Of a DNA stretch of 64,000 nt, positions 1 through 10,393 are shown one piece after another (positions within the stretch are counted from its first letter, which is position 1; the number at the start of each line of letters is the position of its first letter). Both the position numbers and the translations under genes were made by a program. Source of the DNA: a virus. Its lineage: Duplodnaviria; Caudoviricetes. Under the pieces are notes generated by a model. That model was not told the origin of the DNA, ran no database searches, and saw only the letters and a program-made list of their open reading frames with translations. The stretch covers positions 9,894 to 73,893 of the IMG/VR virus record IMGVR_UViG_3300015050_000842, one strand, 5' to 3'.

Positions 1-3000
1 TTATATACTTCTTCACTCCATAGTTTATCATATTTCTTAGCTTCTTTGATAGATAGATAAGTTTTAACTCCATCCCTTAATATTGCTTCATCGGAATTTG
101 AATTAATGTTTAATCCATTATCTCTTAAAAAACCGATTATTTCTTTATCTTTTGTAGGAATAACCGCTTCAATACTACGCATATAGGTTCTGTCAGGTCT
201 GAAACCTAAGTAGTCAAATGCCCCATAGTTAAAGAATCCATTTAAGATGCCTACGTTCTCAAAATCTGAACGCATGGAAGGTTGACCTGAAATACCTCTC
301 GTAATACCCTCTAAATCTCTTACAAACCTAATAGAGAATAGGGGTAAGTCAAAGTTGCCACCGACAACATTAGCTATCTGACCAAATGCTTTCTCTCTTG
401 CAGGTGGATTGTTTTTATTAAACTCTTTTAGTGCTTTTGCTAATTTAGGCATTGCTTCGTACTTCGCAGATTTATCAAATGTATCAGCTATCCACTTAGC
501 AAATTCCTCCCTATTCATAGCTAATGCCATTAAGGTCATTTGCGGAATTAATGCTGACTCATATCTTTTAAACCACGCATTTCTTTTTCTCCATTCCTCG
601 TACTCATCGTCACCACCTGATGCGATTAAACCTAATGTAATCAGTCCTGATGCTACGCCACCTATCAATACCCTCCTTGTAACAGTTTTTCTCCTAAAGT
701 CATCAGTCAAGTATTCTTCAAGTCTTTTTACATCGTCAGGACTTGATAGGTCTATCTTATTCAATGTTTTTCCCCACCACATTCTTAATGGAGAAATTAC
801 ATCAAGACCTTGTTTCTGTAATCCTAATACTAACCAATTCGTTCCACCTCCGACAAAAGGATTAAGGAAATTTCTATTGAATGTTGCAGTAAGTGTGTAC
901 ATCGCTGCTTTATTCCAATCCTTTTCTTTAATCGCTTTCTTAATACGTTCCTCAATAAATGCTTGGTATCTATTCACCATTTCAGATACAATATTGTTTG
1001 CTTCGTGACCTAATCCATAACCTGCAACTTTATAGGCTGAATCATACGCTGCTTCAATCATTTCTACGGTAACAACATTTCCTGACAATAGATTAGCCTT
1101 AACTAAATCCATTGCACCACGATATACATTCTCTTTATTGTTGGCTAATACCTCTATACCTGCTTCTGAATTAATCTTGTCTATGATTCTTTCTGACTCT
1201 TTTAAAGCATCCTCGAATTTCTGACCTATAAGTTGTTCATTAATGTACTTAGACGCTTCTTCGGCAGTCATTCTGTTAGGATTAGTTTTATCTGTCATTA
1301 CTTTTAATAATGCAGTCCTAAAGAAAGTTTCTGTCAACGATGCCTTGTTCATACTATCAGCACCTTCTAAATAAGATTTTGCTAATGCAACAGATACAAC
1401 GTAGTGATATGCCCTATTTTTGCTTAATCCGTTAATGTAGTCCTCGATTTGACTTTTGGTTAGGAACGGTGTATTTATCTCACCAAAGTAAAGACCTGCA
1501 TTTTTAGTAATATCAGCTTTAATAGTTTTGCTATACTTCTTAATTAACGCATCAAACTCTTTATCACTCAACTCACCGCTTAATAGTCTGCCTACTTCTT
1601 GAATTACTCTTTCCTGACGACCTGAAATTTGGTTATCTAAGAACTGTTTTACGGATTGTAGCTTTGTTCTTAACATTAAGTTAAATATCTCCGAAGCGGT
1701 TTGAATAAACTTAAATGTATTTGTTCCTTCTTGCCACGCAACCTTGTTAAGCAACTTAGTTATTTTTAGGTTTATCTCCCTAATGAAATGCTTTGAGAAA
1801 AACTCATTATCATTCATTGAGTACAAGTCTTTCAAAGACGAAGCGAATCTTTCCGCTTCAAAGAACGCTTCCTGACCAATATCACTTAATCCTAATGCTT
1901 TATTCAGTAAGTATTTAAACTCATCGGGATTCTTGTCAAACAGTCCTAAGTCGTACAATTCAGCCAATCTCCTTGCACTACTCTTTCTTGACGTAGGTGA
2001 TTTTGGAGTATTTGCTCGTTCAAGTTCTTTTAATGCTTTGGAAACAATGTCTGCCCTTAAATCTTTAATCTCCTGCATAAACGCTTCTTTCATACGTTCT
2101 ATCTGAACATCAGAAAATCCTTTACCCTTTAAAGTCTTTTCAACTATCTCGGTAATGTTGTCGATACTACCTTCCTCTCCTGCGAGTTTCTTCCAATCCA
2201 ATACTTGACGTTTCTCTTTATCTTGCTTAGTGGTGACAGTAATTTCTCTACCATACCCTGCCTCGATTAGAGCCGTTTTAGTGAACTCTTTTGGATTAGG
2301 GTCTATTTGGTTAAGTAAATCTATCTTAGCCTTTCTAATGGCTTTTAATTGCTCTATTTGAGGTGTTGATAATGGGTCTTTCCTTTCCTTTTGAACTTTC
2401 TCTTGTTTTGATATTTGTTCGTCAAGGTCTTTCAACTCATTCTCTAACTTAGTAACAACCGACTTTTCTTTAGACTCATTAATTCTGTCGATAGATTCTT
2501 GCGTTAGGTATTGATTAGCGACTGTCTTTAATGCTTTCTCTTGTTGTTGTAATGCAACGAGTTCGGCATCTGTTTCAGGCTTGTTTCTAATCTTTAACTC
2601 TTTCTTCTTATCCGCTATCTCTTGCTCTAATTCAGTAATACGTTCTTTAGTTCGTTCTTTAGCTTTCTCAATTCTGTCTTTTGGAGTTTTGCTTTCACTT
2701 GCAATAACATCACGAATATCTTGAACTGTAATATCGGGCGCAATATCTTTAACGGCATTTAGTATTTCTGATGAAATTTCATTTATCTTAGTAATTCCTA
2801 ATTCGGCAAATAGCTTTGTTAGTTTAATAATATGTGGAGTAGCTACTTTTACCTGCTCTGCATAAGGGATTGAAGACATAGCACCACCACCACCTCTTGC
2901 TGACTTAATTAGGTCTTTACGTAGCTTTTCAATCTCTGCTTTAATATCAGCCTTTACTACCTTTGAGTCACGTTTAACTTTTGGTGCTTCAATGATAATA

Positions 3001-6000
3001 TCATCTGATTCTTGTTCTTGTGATTCAGCTTCTTCATTAATAGCATCCATATCCGACTGAATAGCTTTCTCAACTTTTCTTCTGCCATCTAATTGCTTAG
3101 TTGTAAAGAATTGGTCTGTTACTGCTTCAATGTCGTAACCTACCCTTGCTAATTGACGTAACCTACCTAATCCTAATGCTCTTGCTACGGTACGCTGATA
3201 TTTGATAGTAATATTCTGTACTAACTTCTCTTGCTTTTTAAGCGTGAGATTATCAGGGTCGTCAAGCAACTGCTTATTCAGGTCGTTCTCTAATGATAGT
3301 AGGATTAAACTTGTGTTGTCTATTCCGAGTGTGCTTGTGTTGTCACGAATGAAAGCTAACAATCCCTCTACGTATTTGTCGCCAAACTCTTGTTTTGCTT
3401 GTTCGATAATATCTGCCCCTAATTGGAATGTATCTAATATCTTTTTTACACGATATTCTTTTTCTTGCTTAGATAACTCTCTGCCACTTTCTCTTTCTTT
3501 ATTGCTTAAAGTATCTTTGAACTCATTGGAGTCTATGCTTGTGTGAGCAAGTTTAACAAACTCTGGACTTGCTTTTGCATCCGACTTAACTTCATCAAAT
3601 ATTGGTTCAGTTTCCTCAAAGTCACTTTCTACTTTCTTCTTACCTCCATTTGCTTCGTTCCAAGCATCCTTTACAAAGTCGTTTACATCTTCACCGATTG
3701 CTTTAGCAAAATCTTGAACAGTCTTTACTCCTGCTTCAATATAGGCTAATGCTTCTTCTAATAATGCTTTGTGATAGTTAAATAATGCTTTAGCTTTTTC
3801 TTTAGGGTCTTGTGCTATTCCTAAGTTTCTGTTTAGAGCATCAAGTTTTGCTTTTGCTTCTTTTCTATTTTGAGCAAGTTCTTCAATCTTTGTTAGCGCC
3901 TTTTTAGGTTCTTTTTGCTTATTTTCTTCGTTTTTTGACTTTAAATCAACTTTTGATAAAGCGCCTTTCTCTGCCTTTAAAGCATCAGCTTCGGCACTAA
4001 ACCGTTCTCTAATCTTTTCTACTGCATTGGGATTAGCTTTTTCATTTTTAGCTTGTTCGTAGATACCTGCTTCTTTCAAAGCATCGTGGAATTTAGCCAT
4101 GACCTTACGTTGGTCTTTCTCTATCTCTGCTAAAGTTCGAGTTGACTTTTTGGTTTCGGTTTTTGTGCCTTTTGTATCTTTTTGATTTGATACATTCTCT
4201 TGGCTTTCTGTGCTTGTGTTAATTTCATCTTCTGTAAAGTTAAGTTCTTGATTTTTTTCTTCTTCGGATAGGTTATTAAACCACTCGTCATACTCTTTGG
4301 CTAACTCTGCTTCATTGGCGGTTATTTCAGCTATATCCTCGCTTGTAAGGTCGTTATTATACGCATCTGATATAGGAACAAACATTCTGTTATTAATTGC
4401 ACCTGAACCTTGTGTGAAGTTATATCCACCTTCCTCTTTAGCTTTGTTAATAGCTTTAATAAGTCTACGTGCAGGGGCGGTATCTTTTCCTGCTAATATA
4501 TCTTTCTGACCTTTACGAATATCAGTCCATTCCATACCCAAATCAGGTCGTGGACTAAATCTATCACCATCCCAAGTAATAGCACCTTTCTCTATTTCCG
4601 ACTTAGCAAATTCTACTTCTTGCTTCTCCCTGCTTTCTGTAACGATATTGCTATTGCTTGGCGTTGTTTGGCTTTCTGCGACATTACTTTCTTGGTATTG
4701 CCTATCTTCTTGCTTCCCTTGTTGCTGTTCAGTAACTCCCTCACGTTCTGTGATATTACTTTGTTCGATGTTCCCTTGATTAACGGCATTTTCTTGTTCG
4801 TTTAAAAATTTATTAATTTTCTGTTCACTCCATTCGTCAGAAGTCATATCAATAGTAGTGACATCTGCTTTTATTTTAGTGTTTCCCTTAACCGCTTCGG
4901 TAGATATTCTGTGGTGTCCGTCTAAAACAAATAGACCGTCATTAAATCTAACAAGTTTAGGATTACCGATAGTGAGTTTTCCGCCTATTCCTGACTTGTC
5001 AACCAATTCTTGTGTTGGTGTAATTTCAGATAAGTCAACTGTTTCCTCTTTTGTATTGTCTTTATTTTCAGAAATAAAAGGTTTAAATTGTGGACTATCG
5101 ACATCTGGCAAACCTACATTATTTGATTTATTTTTAAAAAACTGCCTTGTTGGATAAACGTCTTTTGCTTTTACGCCTTCCATTTTAGCAAGACCTTCTT
5201 CTGAAAAATTTAATCTAATAGATTTTGGTTTTTCAATTTCAGATATAGTGACATCTGCTTCTTCGGTGTCAATTGTTGGTTTTTCAAGTGGGGGTATTTC
5301 TTGCGCTTTTTCTTTCGGAACTGATTGAGTTTCTAATTCGTACTGTTGCTTAGATATTTCTTCCAATTCCCCATCCTCTCCTAATTGCTTATACCACTTA
5401 TCCCTTTCAGGGTCTTTTGAATACTTAAATTTTTCATCTGCCGTAGCTTCAATAATATTATCGTTAAGACTTTGTTTTTTGGCTTCAAGAATATCTATAT
5501 CTTGTTGTGCTTGTGGTGCTAAAGACTCGTCATAAGCCTTCATTTGTTCTTGCTTAACCTTTATGGCTTCGGCAACATTATCTCTCTCTACAATGGCTTG
5601 TATAGCTTCCTTACGTTTTTTAGCACCTATATCAAAAGGTATAACTTCCGTAGCTTTAATATACTTACCTAAATTTGTTCCTATTTCATTCCACCTATCA
5701 GCATCTAAAGAACCATTATTATACCTATCAGATAATTCTTTTTTTAGTTCAGACGCTATTTCATATAATGTTTCTTTATTTGTAGCTGATGAAACTCGCT
5801 CTGCCACCATATCATCAACTGATTTCATCCCACGTAAAGCACTCCCTGTAATGCCACCCAATACCGCACCGCCTCCAATTTCATTAATTCTATTTTTCCA
5901 AAAATCTTCTACAACCTCTTGCTCGTTAAATATGCCAAGATTTGATGTTATATTGGTTAAACCTTTTAGAATATCAGTAGATAAACCTGTTATCCCCTCT

Positions 6001-7013
6001 GTTCCACCCTCAACACCTGCCGATGCAATACCTTTTAATCCTACTGATTTGAATTTATTTATTCCTTTTTTAGCTATACGACTTGCAGTTTCTTCGATAA
6101 CATCTGCCGTAATCTTTCCTGTTGTTTTTGTTGCAAGTTCTTGTACTGTTTCCTTTAAAATAGCTTCCTTCACTTTTTTAGCAACAGGATTACTCTTGGT
6201 CATAAATCCTAATGAATATCTATCGGCAATACTACTGATTGTACTATAAGCGATTCCAAAAATTTCTCTTGCATTATCTAATCCAACAGGGTCATCAGTA
6301 GTTCTGTTTCCTACTGCTTTGTCAAACTCTTTAAGACCTTGACTATAACCTTGTGCTAAGTATGATGCGCCTGCTGTTGGAATTGCAAGACCCATATCCC
6401 CTGCAAACCTTGAAATCATTAATGGAAGTGCTTTAGCGTTTTCTTTTGTAAAAACTCCTTTAGTTAAATCAAAACCCTGTTGAACTTCTTCTTCGTATTT
6501 TTTTGAGGATGAACCTGAACGTAATTTTTCAGTAACTTGCTCTGCTTTTCCTCCAAGTACATCGGCAGTCGCTTTCATTATCGGGTTTCCGTATGGATTA
6601 GACTTGGCAATAAGTCGTGTCATTCCACCTAAAAAATCTGAACCTGAACCTATAAGTTGGTTATACATAGCACCGAGATAATTGTTATCATCTTCTACGG
6701 CTTCTGAAATAGTTTTAGGCTTTACCTTTGGCTTAACGTAGGGGGTAGGTTTAGTATCGACAGGGCTTTGGAAAGGCTCGAAGCCACGATTTGAAGTCTG
6801 TGTACCACTCGTTGAAACGGGTGTAGTAAGTTCTTTTTTTTTTATTTTGGTTGAAAAAGTATCGAAATCACCCAAATCATATTCCGCACCAACGCCATCG
6901 TAAAATGCTTTACGCTTAGTATCATCTTGTAGCTTTACTTGAAATTCATCAAATGAACCTACATTATAATCCTTAGATACTGCATCGTATAATATTTTTA
7001 CTTTATCAGGCAT
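1..7013 (-). CDS. Giant internal virion / DNA-ejection protein (>2337 aa, 3' end outside window)
   Basis: ATG at 7013 (MPDKVKILYDAVSKDYNVGSFDEF); manual translation stays open to position 1 (...KKYDKLWSEEVY). Absent from the ORF track, presumably because it has no stop in the window. Long charged helical/coiled-coil stretches and hydrophobic Gly-rich helices; last of three genes after the tail module, as in podovirus ejection-protein clusters. Confidence 0.85.
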   Translation of the reverse strand, partial: MPDKVKILYDAVSKDYNVGSFDEFQVKLQDDTKRKAFYDGVGAEYDLGDFDTFSTKIKKKELTTPVSTSGTQTSNRGFEPFQSPVDTKPTPYVKPKVKPKTISEAVEDDNNYLGAMYNQLIGSGSDFLGGMTRLIAKSNPYGNPIMKATADVLGGKAEQVTEKLRSGSSSKKYEEEVQQGFDLTKGVFTKENAKALPLMISRFAGDMGLAIPTAGASYLAQGYSQGLKEFDKAVGNRTTDDPVGLDNAREIFGIAYSTISSIADRYSLGFMTKSNPVAKKVKEAILKETVQELATKTTGKITADVIEETASRIAKKGINKFKSVGLKGIASAGVEGGTEGITGLSTDILKGLTNITSNLGIFNEQEVVEDFWKNRINEIGGGAVLGGITGSALRGMKSVDDMVAERVSSATNKETLYEIASELKKELSDRYNNGSLDADRWNEIGTNLGKYIKATEVIPFDIGAKKRKEAIQAIVERDNVAEAIKVKQEQMKAYDESLAPQAQQDIDILEAKKQSLNDNIIEATADEKFKYSKDPERDKWYKQLGEDGELEEISKQQYELETQSVPKEKAQEIPPLEKPTIDTEEADVTISEIEKPKSIRLNFSEEGLAKMEGVKAKDVYPTRQFFKNKSNNVGLPDVDSPQFKPFISENKDNTKEETVDLSEITPTQELVDKSGIGGKLTIGNPKLVRFNDGLFVLDGHHRISTEAVKGNTKIKADVTTIDMTSDEWSEQKINKFLNEQENAVNQGNIEQSNITEREGVTEQQQGKQEDRQYQESNVAESQTTPSNSNIVTESREKQEVEFAKSEIEKGAITWDGDRFSPRPDLGMEWTDIRKGQKDILAGKDTAPARRLIKAINKAKEEGGYNFTQGSGAINNRMFVPISDAYNNDLTSEDIAEITANEAELAKEYDEWFNNLSEEEKNQELNFTEDEINTSTESQENVSNQKDTKGTKTETKKSTRTLAEIEKDQRKVMAKFHDALKEAGIYEQAKNEKANPNAVEKIRERFSAEADALKAEKGALSKVDLKSKNEENKQKEPKKALTKIEELAQNRKEAKAKLDALNRNLGIAQDPKEKAKALFNYHKALLEEALAYIEAGVKTVQDFAKAIGEDVNDFVKDAWNEANGGKKKVESDFEETEPIFDEVKSDAKASPEFVKLAHTSIDSNEFKDTLSNKERESGRELSKQEKEYRVKKILDTFQLGADIIEQAKQEFGDKYVEGLLAFIRDNTSTLGIDNTSLILLSLENDLNKQLLDDPDNLTLKKQEKLVQNITIKYQRTVARALGLGRLRQLARVGYDIEAVTDQFFTTKQLDGRRKVEKAIQSDMDAINEEAESQEQESDDIIIEAPKVKRDSKVVKADIKAEIEKLRKDLIKSARGGGGAMSSIPYAEQVKVATPHIIKLTKLFAELGITKINEISSEILNAVKDIAPDITVQDIRDVIASESKTPKDRIEKAKERTKERITELEQEIADKKKELKIRNKPETDAELVALQQQEKALKTVANQYLTQESIDRINESKEKSVVTKLENELKDLDEQISKQEKVQKERKDPLSTPQIEQLKAIRKAKIDLLNQIDPNPKEFTKTALIEAGYGREITVTTKQDKEKRQVLDWKKLAGEEGSIDNITEIVEKTLKGKGFSDVQIERMKEAFMQEIKDLRADIVSKALKELERANTPKSPTSRKSSARRLAELYDLGLFDKNPDEFKYLLNKALGLSDIGQEAFFEAERFASSLKDLYSMNDNEFFSKHFIREINLKITKLLNKVAWQEGTNTFKFIQTASEIFNLMLRTKLQSVKQFLDNQISGRQERVIQEVGRLLSGELSDKEFDALIKKYSKTIKADITKNAGLYFGEINTPFLTKSQIEDYINGLSKNRAYHYVVSVALAKSYLEGADSMNKASLTETFFRTALLKVMTDKTNPNRMTAEEASKYINEQLIGQKFEDALKESERIIDKINSEAGIEVLANNKENVYRGAMDLVKANLLSGNVVTVEMIEAAYDSAYKVAGYGLGHEANNIVSEMVNRYQAFIEERIKKAIKEKDWNKAAMYTLTATFNRNFLNPFVGGGTNWLVLGLQKQGLDVISPLRMWWGKTLNKIDLSSPDDVKRLEEYLTDDFRRKTVTRRVLIGGVASGLITLGLIASGGDDEYEEWRKRNAWFKRYESALIPQMTLMALAMNREEFAKWIADTFDKSAKYEAMPKLAKALKEFNKNNPPAREKAFGQIANVVGGNFDLPLFSIRFVRDLEGITRGISGQPSMRSDFENVGILNGFFNYGAFDYLGFRPDRTYMRSIEAVIPTKDKEIIGFLRDNGLNINSNSDEAILRDGVKTYLSIKEAKKYDKLWSEEVY

Positions 7014-7015
7014 AT

Positions 7016-8374
7016 TTAGAATCCTTTAATTGTTTTCTTACCGCTTGTTGGTTGTGTTGTTTTCTGTGGTTGGCTTGTCGCAGGTTTGTTCGCTTGTGAA
7101 AGAACTTTTGCTTTCGCTGCCTTAAACCCTTCATCTGTTTTAACCTTTATAGGTAAGTCTGATTCATTAACTACATACTCAACACCGTTATTTAGCACAA
7201 GTGCTTTTAATTCTTGCTTACCACCTTTTGTTTTTGTTAGACCCAATCCTGCTAATGAAACTTGTCCTCCTGCACCCATTTGTTCGTTTCTACCTGTTCG
7301 TAGATTTAAGACGTTATTTAGTTGCGTAGAAATAAAGTTTTTTTCTGTTGGCTTTATAAAGTAGTCGAACTTTATTGTTTGAACAGGTCTGTCTGCATCT
7401 GAACCATCTGCTCTTATAACTGCATTACCGTAGAATTTCTTATCAACCTCAACTTCTCCTATCGAACTATCATCTTCACTTTCAGACTTAGCTAACCTGC
7501 GTTCTGCCAATGATAACATTCGCTTTTGATAATCGGTCATATCACGATTAGGGACAACATAGCTTTTTGAACCTTCATCCTTAACTAATGGAGCGTTTGT
7601 CACCATATCTGTTAATGCCATTTGCATTGACTGACCTTCGTTATTATCCCAATCTAACTGTGGGTAAGATTCTTCAAGGATTGCCTTAAATCCATCGTTT
7701 CCACGATATAGCATTTCATACGCCCTAATTTGTGCTTCTTGTGGCACTCTTTTTATCTTAGCAAACTCGGCTACCGTTAAATCTCCTGCTTTCTTTGTTA
7801 CACCCTCTACTTCATCGTACTTTCCAAACTTTAACAATTCTTCGTTTAACTTATTTATTTCAGACACAACCTTACTTTTATCGTAACCTAAAGGAATAGT
7901 GCTGTAATCTACAATGTCGTCTTTGGAGTAGATTGGTGCTGATAATGATTTGTTGTATAATTGTTTACCTTGCTCACTAAAGAAATGTGGCTTACCTAAA
8001 ACTTTAGTTCCTACCGCTAAATCTCGTTGCGTCTTAGCTTTAGAATCAAATACGTATTTTTGGGCTTTCTGTCTTTCTTTCTCTGCTTCTGCTTGTAACC
8101 TGAATCGTTCTTTCGGGTCTTTAGCTTTCATCGCTTCGTAGGTCTTATTCTTCCAACCGTCATACACTTGATAGAAACCATCCTTGTCTACTTCACGTAA
8201 TCCCTCTGTGTTGAATTGAGATAACTTATCCGCTAATGCTTTCTGTTCTGCTTCACGTTTAGCTTGTTGCTGTACTACTGTACGAGCATACGTATTTACT
8301 GCGTTTTGGGTGCTATTGTAGATTTGGGCTGCACCCTGATTTATACCTCTGCTGACGTTTAATCCCTCTGCCAT
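7016..8374 (-). CDS. Putative internal virion (ejection) protein, ~452 aa
   Basis: ORF track 7016..8401; the likely start is ATG 8374, overlapping the upstream TAA (TAATG). Helical, Gln/Lys-rich; lies between the pilot-like and giant proteins. Confidence 0.7.
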   Translation of the reverse strand: MAEGLNVSRGINQGAAQIYNSTQNAVNTYARTVVQQQAKREAEQKALADKLSQFNTEGLREVDKDGFYQVYDGWKNKTYEAMKAKDPKERFRLQAEAEKERQKAQKYVFDSKAKTQRDLAVGTKVLGKPHFFSEQGKQLYNKSLSAPIYSKDDIVDYSTIPLGYDKSKVVSEINKLNEELLKFGKYDEVEGVTKKAGDLTVAEFAKIKRVPQEAQIRAYEMLYRGNDGFKAILEESYPQLDWDNNEGQSMQMALTDMVTNAPLVKDEGSKSYVVPNRDMTDYQKRMLSLAERRLAKSESEDDSSIGEVEVDKKFYGNAVIRADGSDADRPVQTIKFDYFIKPTEKNFISTQLNNVLNLRTGRNEQMGAGGQVSLAGLGLTKTKGGKQELKALVLNNGVEYVVNESDLPIKVKTDEGFKAAKAKVLSQANKPATSQPQKTTQPTSGKKTIKGF

Positions 8375-9150
8375 TATCTTCTGTAAGGTATTCCTCTCCA
8401 ATAATTAGGTTGCATCTGACCCATTCCTGTAATCTTGTTGTAATTACTCATACCTCCGAACCCGCTAAATGGATAGCCACTCATAGGTTGTGTTGATTGT
8501 GGATTAGGCATACCGAATTGAGATAGGTATTGTTGTGAGTTGAAAGGCGACTGTGAAACTCCTGTTGCCATTTGTCCCTGACTATCACCTGACATTTTAC
8601 CACCGTTAAGCATAGCCATTTGACCAATTTGAGATAGTTCGCTTAATCCTCCCATTACGTTCTGACGACCTGCACCTTGTAACGCTGCTGCTGCATCAGC
8701 TTGTTCGCCAAATTTTTGGAATTTATCCCATTGTTGTTTCGCTAACTGTTGCTGACCGATTTGACTTCTGTAACCCATAGCTGACCTTTGATTAGCCATT
8801 CTTGCATTTGCATCTGCTACGTCTAATCCTAAAGTTGCATCGTTTCCTGCTCTTACAATTCCTGCTAAACCTCTTGGATTGCCCATTCTGCCAAACTGAC
8901 GTAATGCCGATGCTTGGTTTCTTTGGAAGTTTTGCTGTGCTTGGTTATATTGCTGTTGTGGCAGACCAATCTTTGCCATATTCTCGGCAATAGCTAAGTT
9001 CTGATGAAACTCTTTGGGTATTTCGTAGGTAGGTCTTATGTTTTGCTTGGCAAGTTTATTCCCTTTTGCGCCTTGGAAAATGCCTTGAATGCCTTTCACA
9101 ACTGACGGTATCGCTGCTATACCTGCTGATATTAATTGCGGTGGAATCAT
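8374..9150 (-). CDS. Putative ejection/pilot protein (Gly/Gln/Ala/Met-rich)
   Basis: 258 aa with an N-terminal GIAAIPSVVKGIQGIFQG amphipathic segment and Q-rich helices, typical of small podovirus ejection proteins; has its own promoter upstream. Confidence 0.7.
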   Translation of the reverse strand: MIPPQLISAGIAAIPSVVKGIQGIFQGAKGNKLAKQNIRPTYEIPKEFHQNLAIAENMAKIGLPQQQYNQAQQNFQRNQASALRQFGRMGNPRGLAGIVRAGNDATLGLDVADANARMANQRSAMGYRSQIGQQQLAKQQWDKFQKFGEQADAAAALQGAGRQNVMGGLSELSQIGQMAMLNGGKMSGDSQGQMATGVSQSPFNSQQYLSQFGMPNPQSTQPMSGYPFSGFGGMSNYNKITGMGQMQPNYWRGIPYRR

Positions 9151-9168
9151 AATGCTATTCTTTTAAAA

Positions 9169-9176
9169 CAAATGTA
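9169..9176 (-). promoter_or_regulatory. Bacteroidota-type -7 promoter box (TACATTTG)
   Basis: Matches TAnnTTTG, 18 nt upstream of ATG 9150. Confidence 0.6.
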
Positions 9177-9190
9177 ACGATATTTACAAC

Positions 9191-9436
9191 TTATTTTTTA
9201 CCTATTGATTGTAACGCTCTGCCACGTTCATCTTCAATCTCTTTTTGTAACTCTACACACCTTACTACAAACAGTAGAAACGGTATCGGGAAACGTGCTA
9301 TTCTCTCATACAACTCAAAAAGTGGTGTCCGTGAGTCGTATAACCTGATACAAGCATCTAAAGTATTCATGTTTATCTTACTTATTGCTTTGTTCTTTTT
9401 ACACAAATCTGCTATGTACTGCCTGTGGTGGTTCAC
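9191..9436 (-). CDS. Hypothetical protein (81 aa)
   Basis: ORF track; tightly packed between tail and ejection genes. Confidence 0.6.
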   Translation of the reverse strand: MNHHRQYIADLCKKNKAISKINMNTLDACIRLYDSRTPLFELYERIARFPIPFLLFVVRCVELQKEIEDERGRALQSIGKK

Positions 9437-9439
9437 TTT

Positions 9440-10387
9440 TTACCCTCTTACACCTATAAAACTCTTTTGTGAATTAACTGCAACTGAAAATAACCTCAAC
9501 TTCGTAGACTCCGTAGTAATAATCTCTACTAATATCCAATTGCCCTTTAATACATCACCGTTCACTATTCCACCGACACTATTTATATCTCGCATAAATG
9601 AAGCTGAATACACGCCCTCTACGCTATTGATTGTTACTGTTGTGACTCCGTCATCCAATGTAGATTTTGTGAAGTCCTCGGCTATTAAATCGCTTACCTG
9701 ACCTAAACTTGTTTCTACTCCTTCCTCTGTGGTTATCATTAGCATATTACTCTGTATCGACATACTCTCAAACGTGCTTACAAAAGTGACGTTCTGATTG
9801 AAAGGCATATTGATAATCGTATTATACTGCACTCCGTAGAAATTATTACGACTAGCTGAATTATTTTCGTGTAAGTATAACTGTCCCTCTTTAAACGTAT
9901 AAAGGTTGATAAACAGTCCAAATCCGCAGTCAGGGTTGTAGGTATAGAATGAACTCCACTTATTGTTTTTCTCGCTATAAACGATATTGTTACGCTGTTT
10001 AGCAGTAGTAACCGTTGCGGTGTTTTTTATGTTGAAGATTGAAACTACGCAGTCCGCAGTAGAATAGAACCGTAGTCGTGGACTTGACCCTGCACAAAGT
10101 AAAGTTTCCTGAAAGAATCCTGTGGTTATGCGTTGCGTTCCTGCCGTTGTACCCATAAATGCCTGTAAGTATAATACCCCTGCACTTCCTGTGATACTTG
10201 TTATCGAATACGTTATCTCGTAGGTCTGTCCTGCTTCAATCGTATAACCGTTTAAGTAGATACTCCCTGCATTACACGCTTCGTGAGTGGCAATATTATC
10301 AGCAAAAGACCAACCTGTTGTAACAGACTGTGCTACTAAATCAATATCTATTGGCGTATTTTCAAGCGTGGTGAAACTCATACCCAA
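9440..10387 (-). CDS. C-terminal part of tail muzzle/stabilization protein, preceded by a beta-sandwich domain
   Basis: Second half (NIVYSEKNNKWSSFYTYNPD...LYTFKEGQLYLH...RNNFYGVQY...EGVYSASFMRD...NGDVLKGNW) matches, from memory of the family, the C-terminus of crAss-like/P22 gp10-like muzzle proteins. Confidence 0.7.
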   Translation of the reverse strand: MGMSFTTLENTPIDIDLVAQSVTTGWSFADNIATHEACNAGSIYLNGYTIEAGQTYEITYSITSITGSAGVLYLQAFMGTTAGTQRITTGFFQETLLCAGSSPRLRFYSTADCVVSIFNIKNTATVTTAKQRNNIVYSEKNNKWSSFYTYNPDCGFGLFINLYTFKEGQLYLHENNSASRNNFYGVQYNTIINMPFNQNVTFVSTFESMSIQSNMLMITTEEGVETSLGQVSDLIAEDFTKSTLDDGVTTVTINSVEGVYSASFMRDINSVGGIVNGDVLKGNWILVEIITTESTKLRLFSVAVNSQKSFIGVRG

Positions 10388-10393
10388 AGATAG

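Noticed and set aside
409-6249. Plus-strand ORFs 409..1008, 3202..3546, 3543..3749, 4297..4509, 4620..4805, 4858..5157 and 5563..6249
   Set aside because: Antisense shadows of the continuous minus-strand giant ORF; Ser/Leu/Phe-rich composition typical of reverse-frame artefacts.
1-7013. Giant protein as a crAss-type virion RNA polymerase
   Set aside because: No DFDGD/DxDxD catalytic motif seen in my manual translation of the portion present; host-type TAnnTTTG promoters precede late genes. Not fully excluded because the C-terminus is outside the window.
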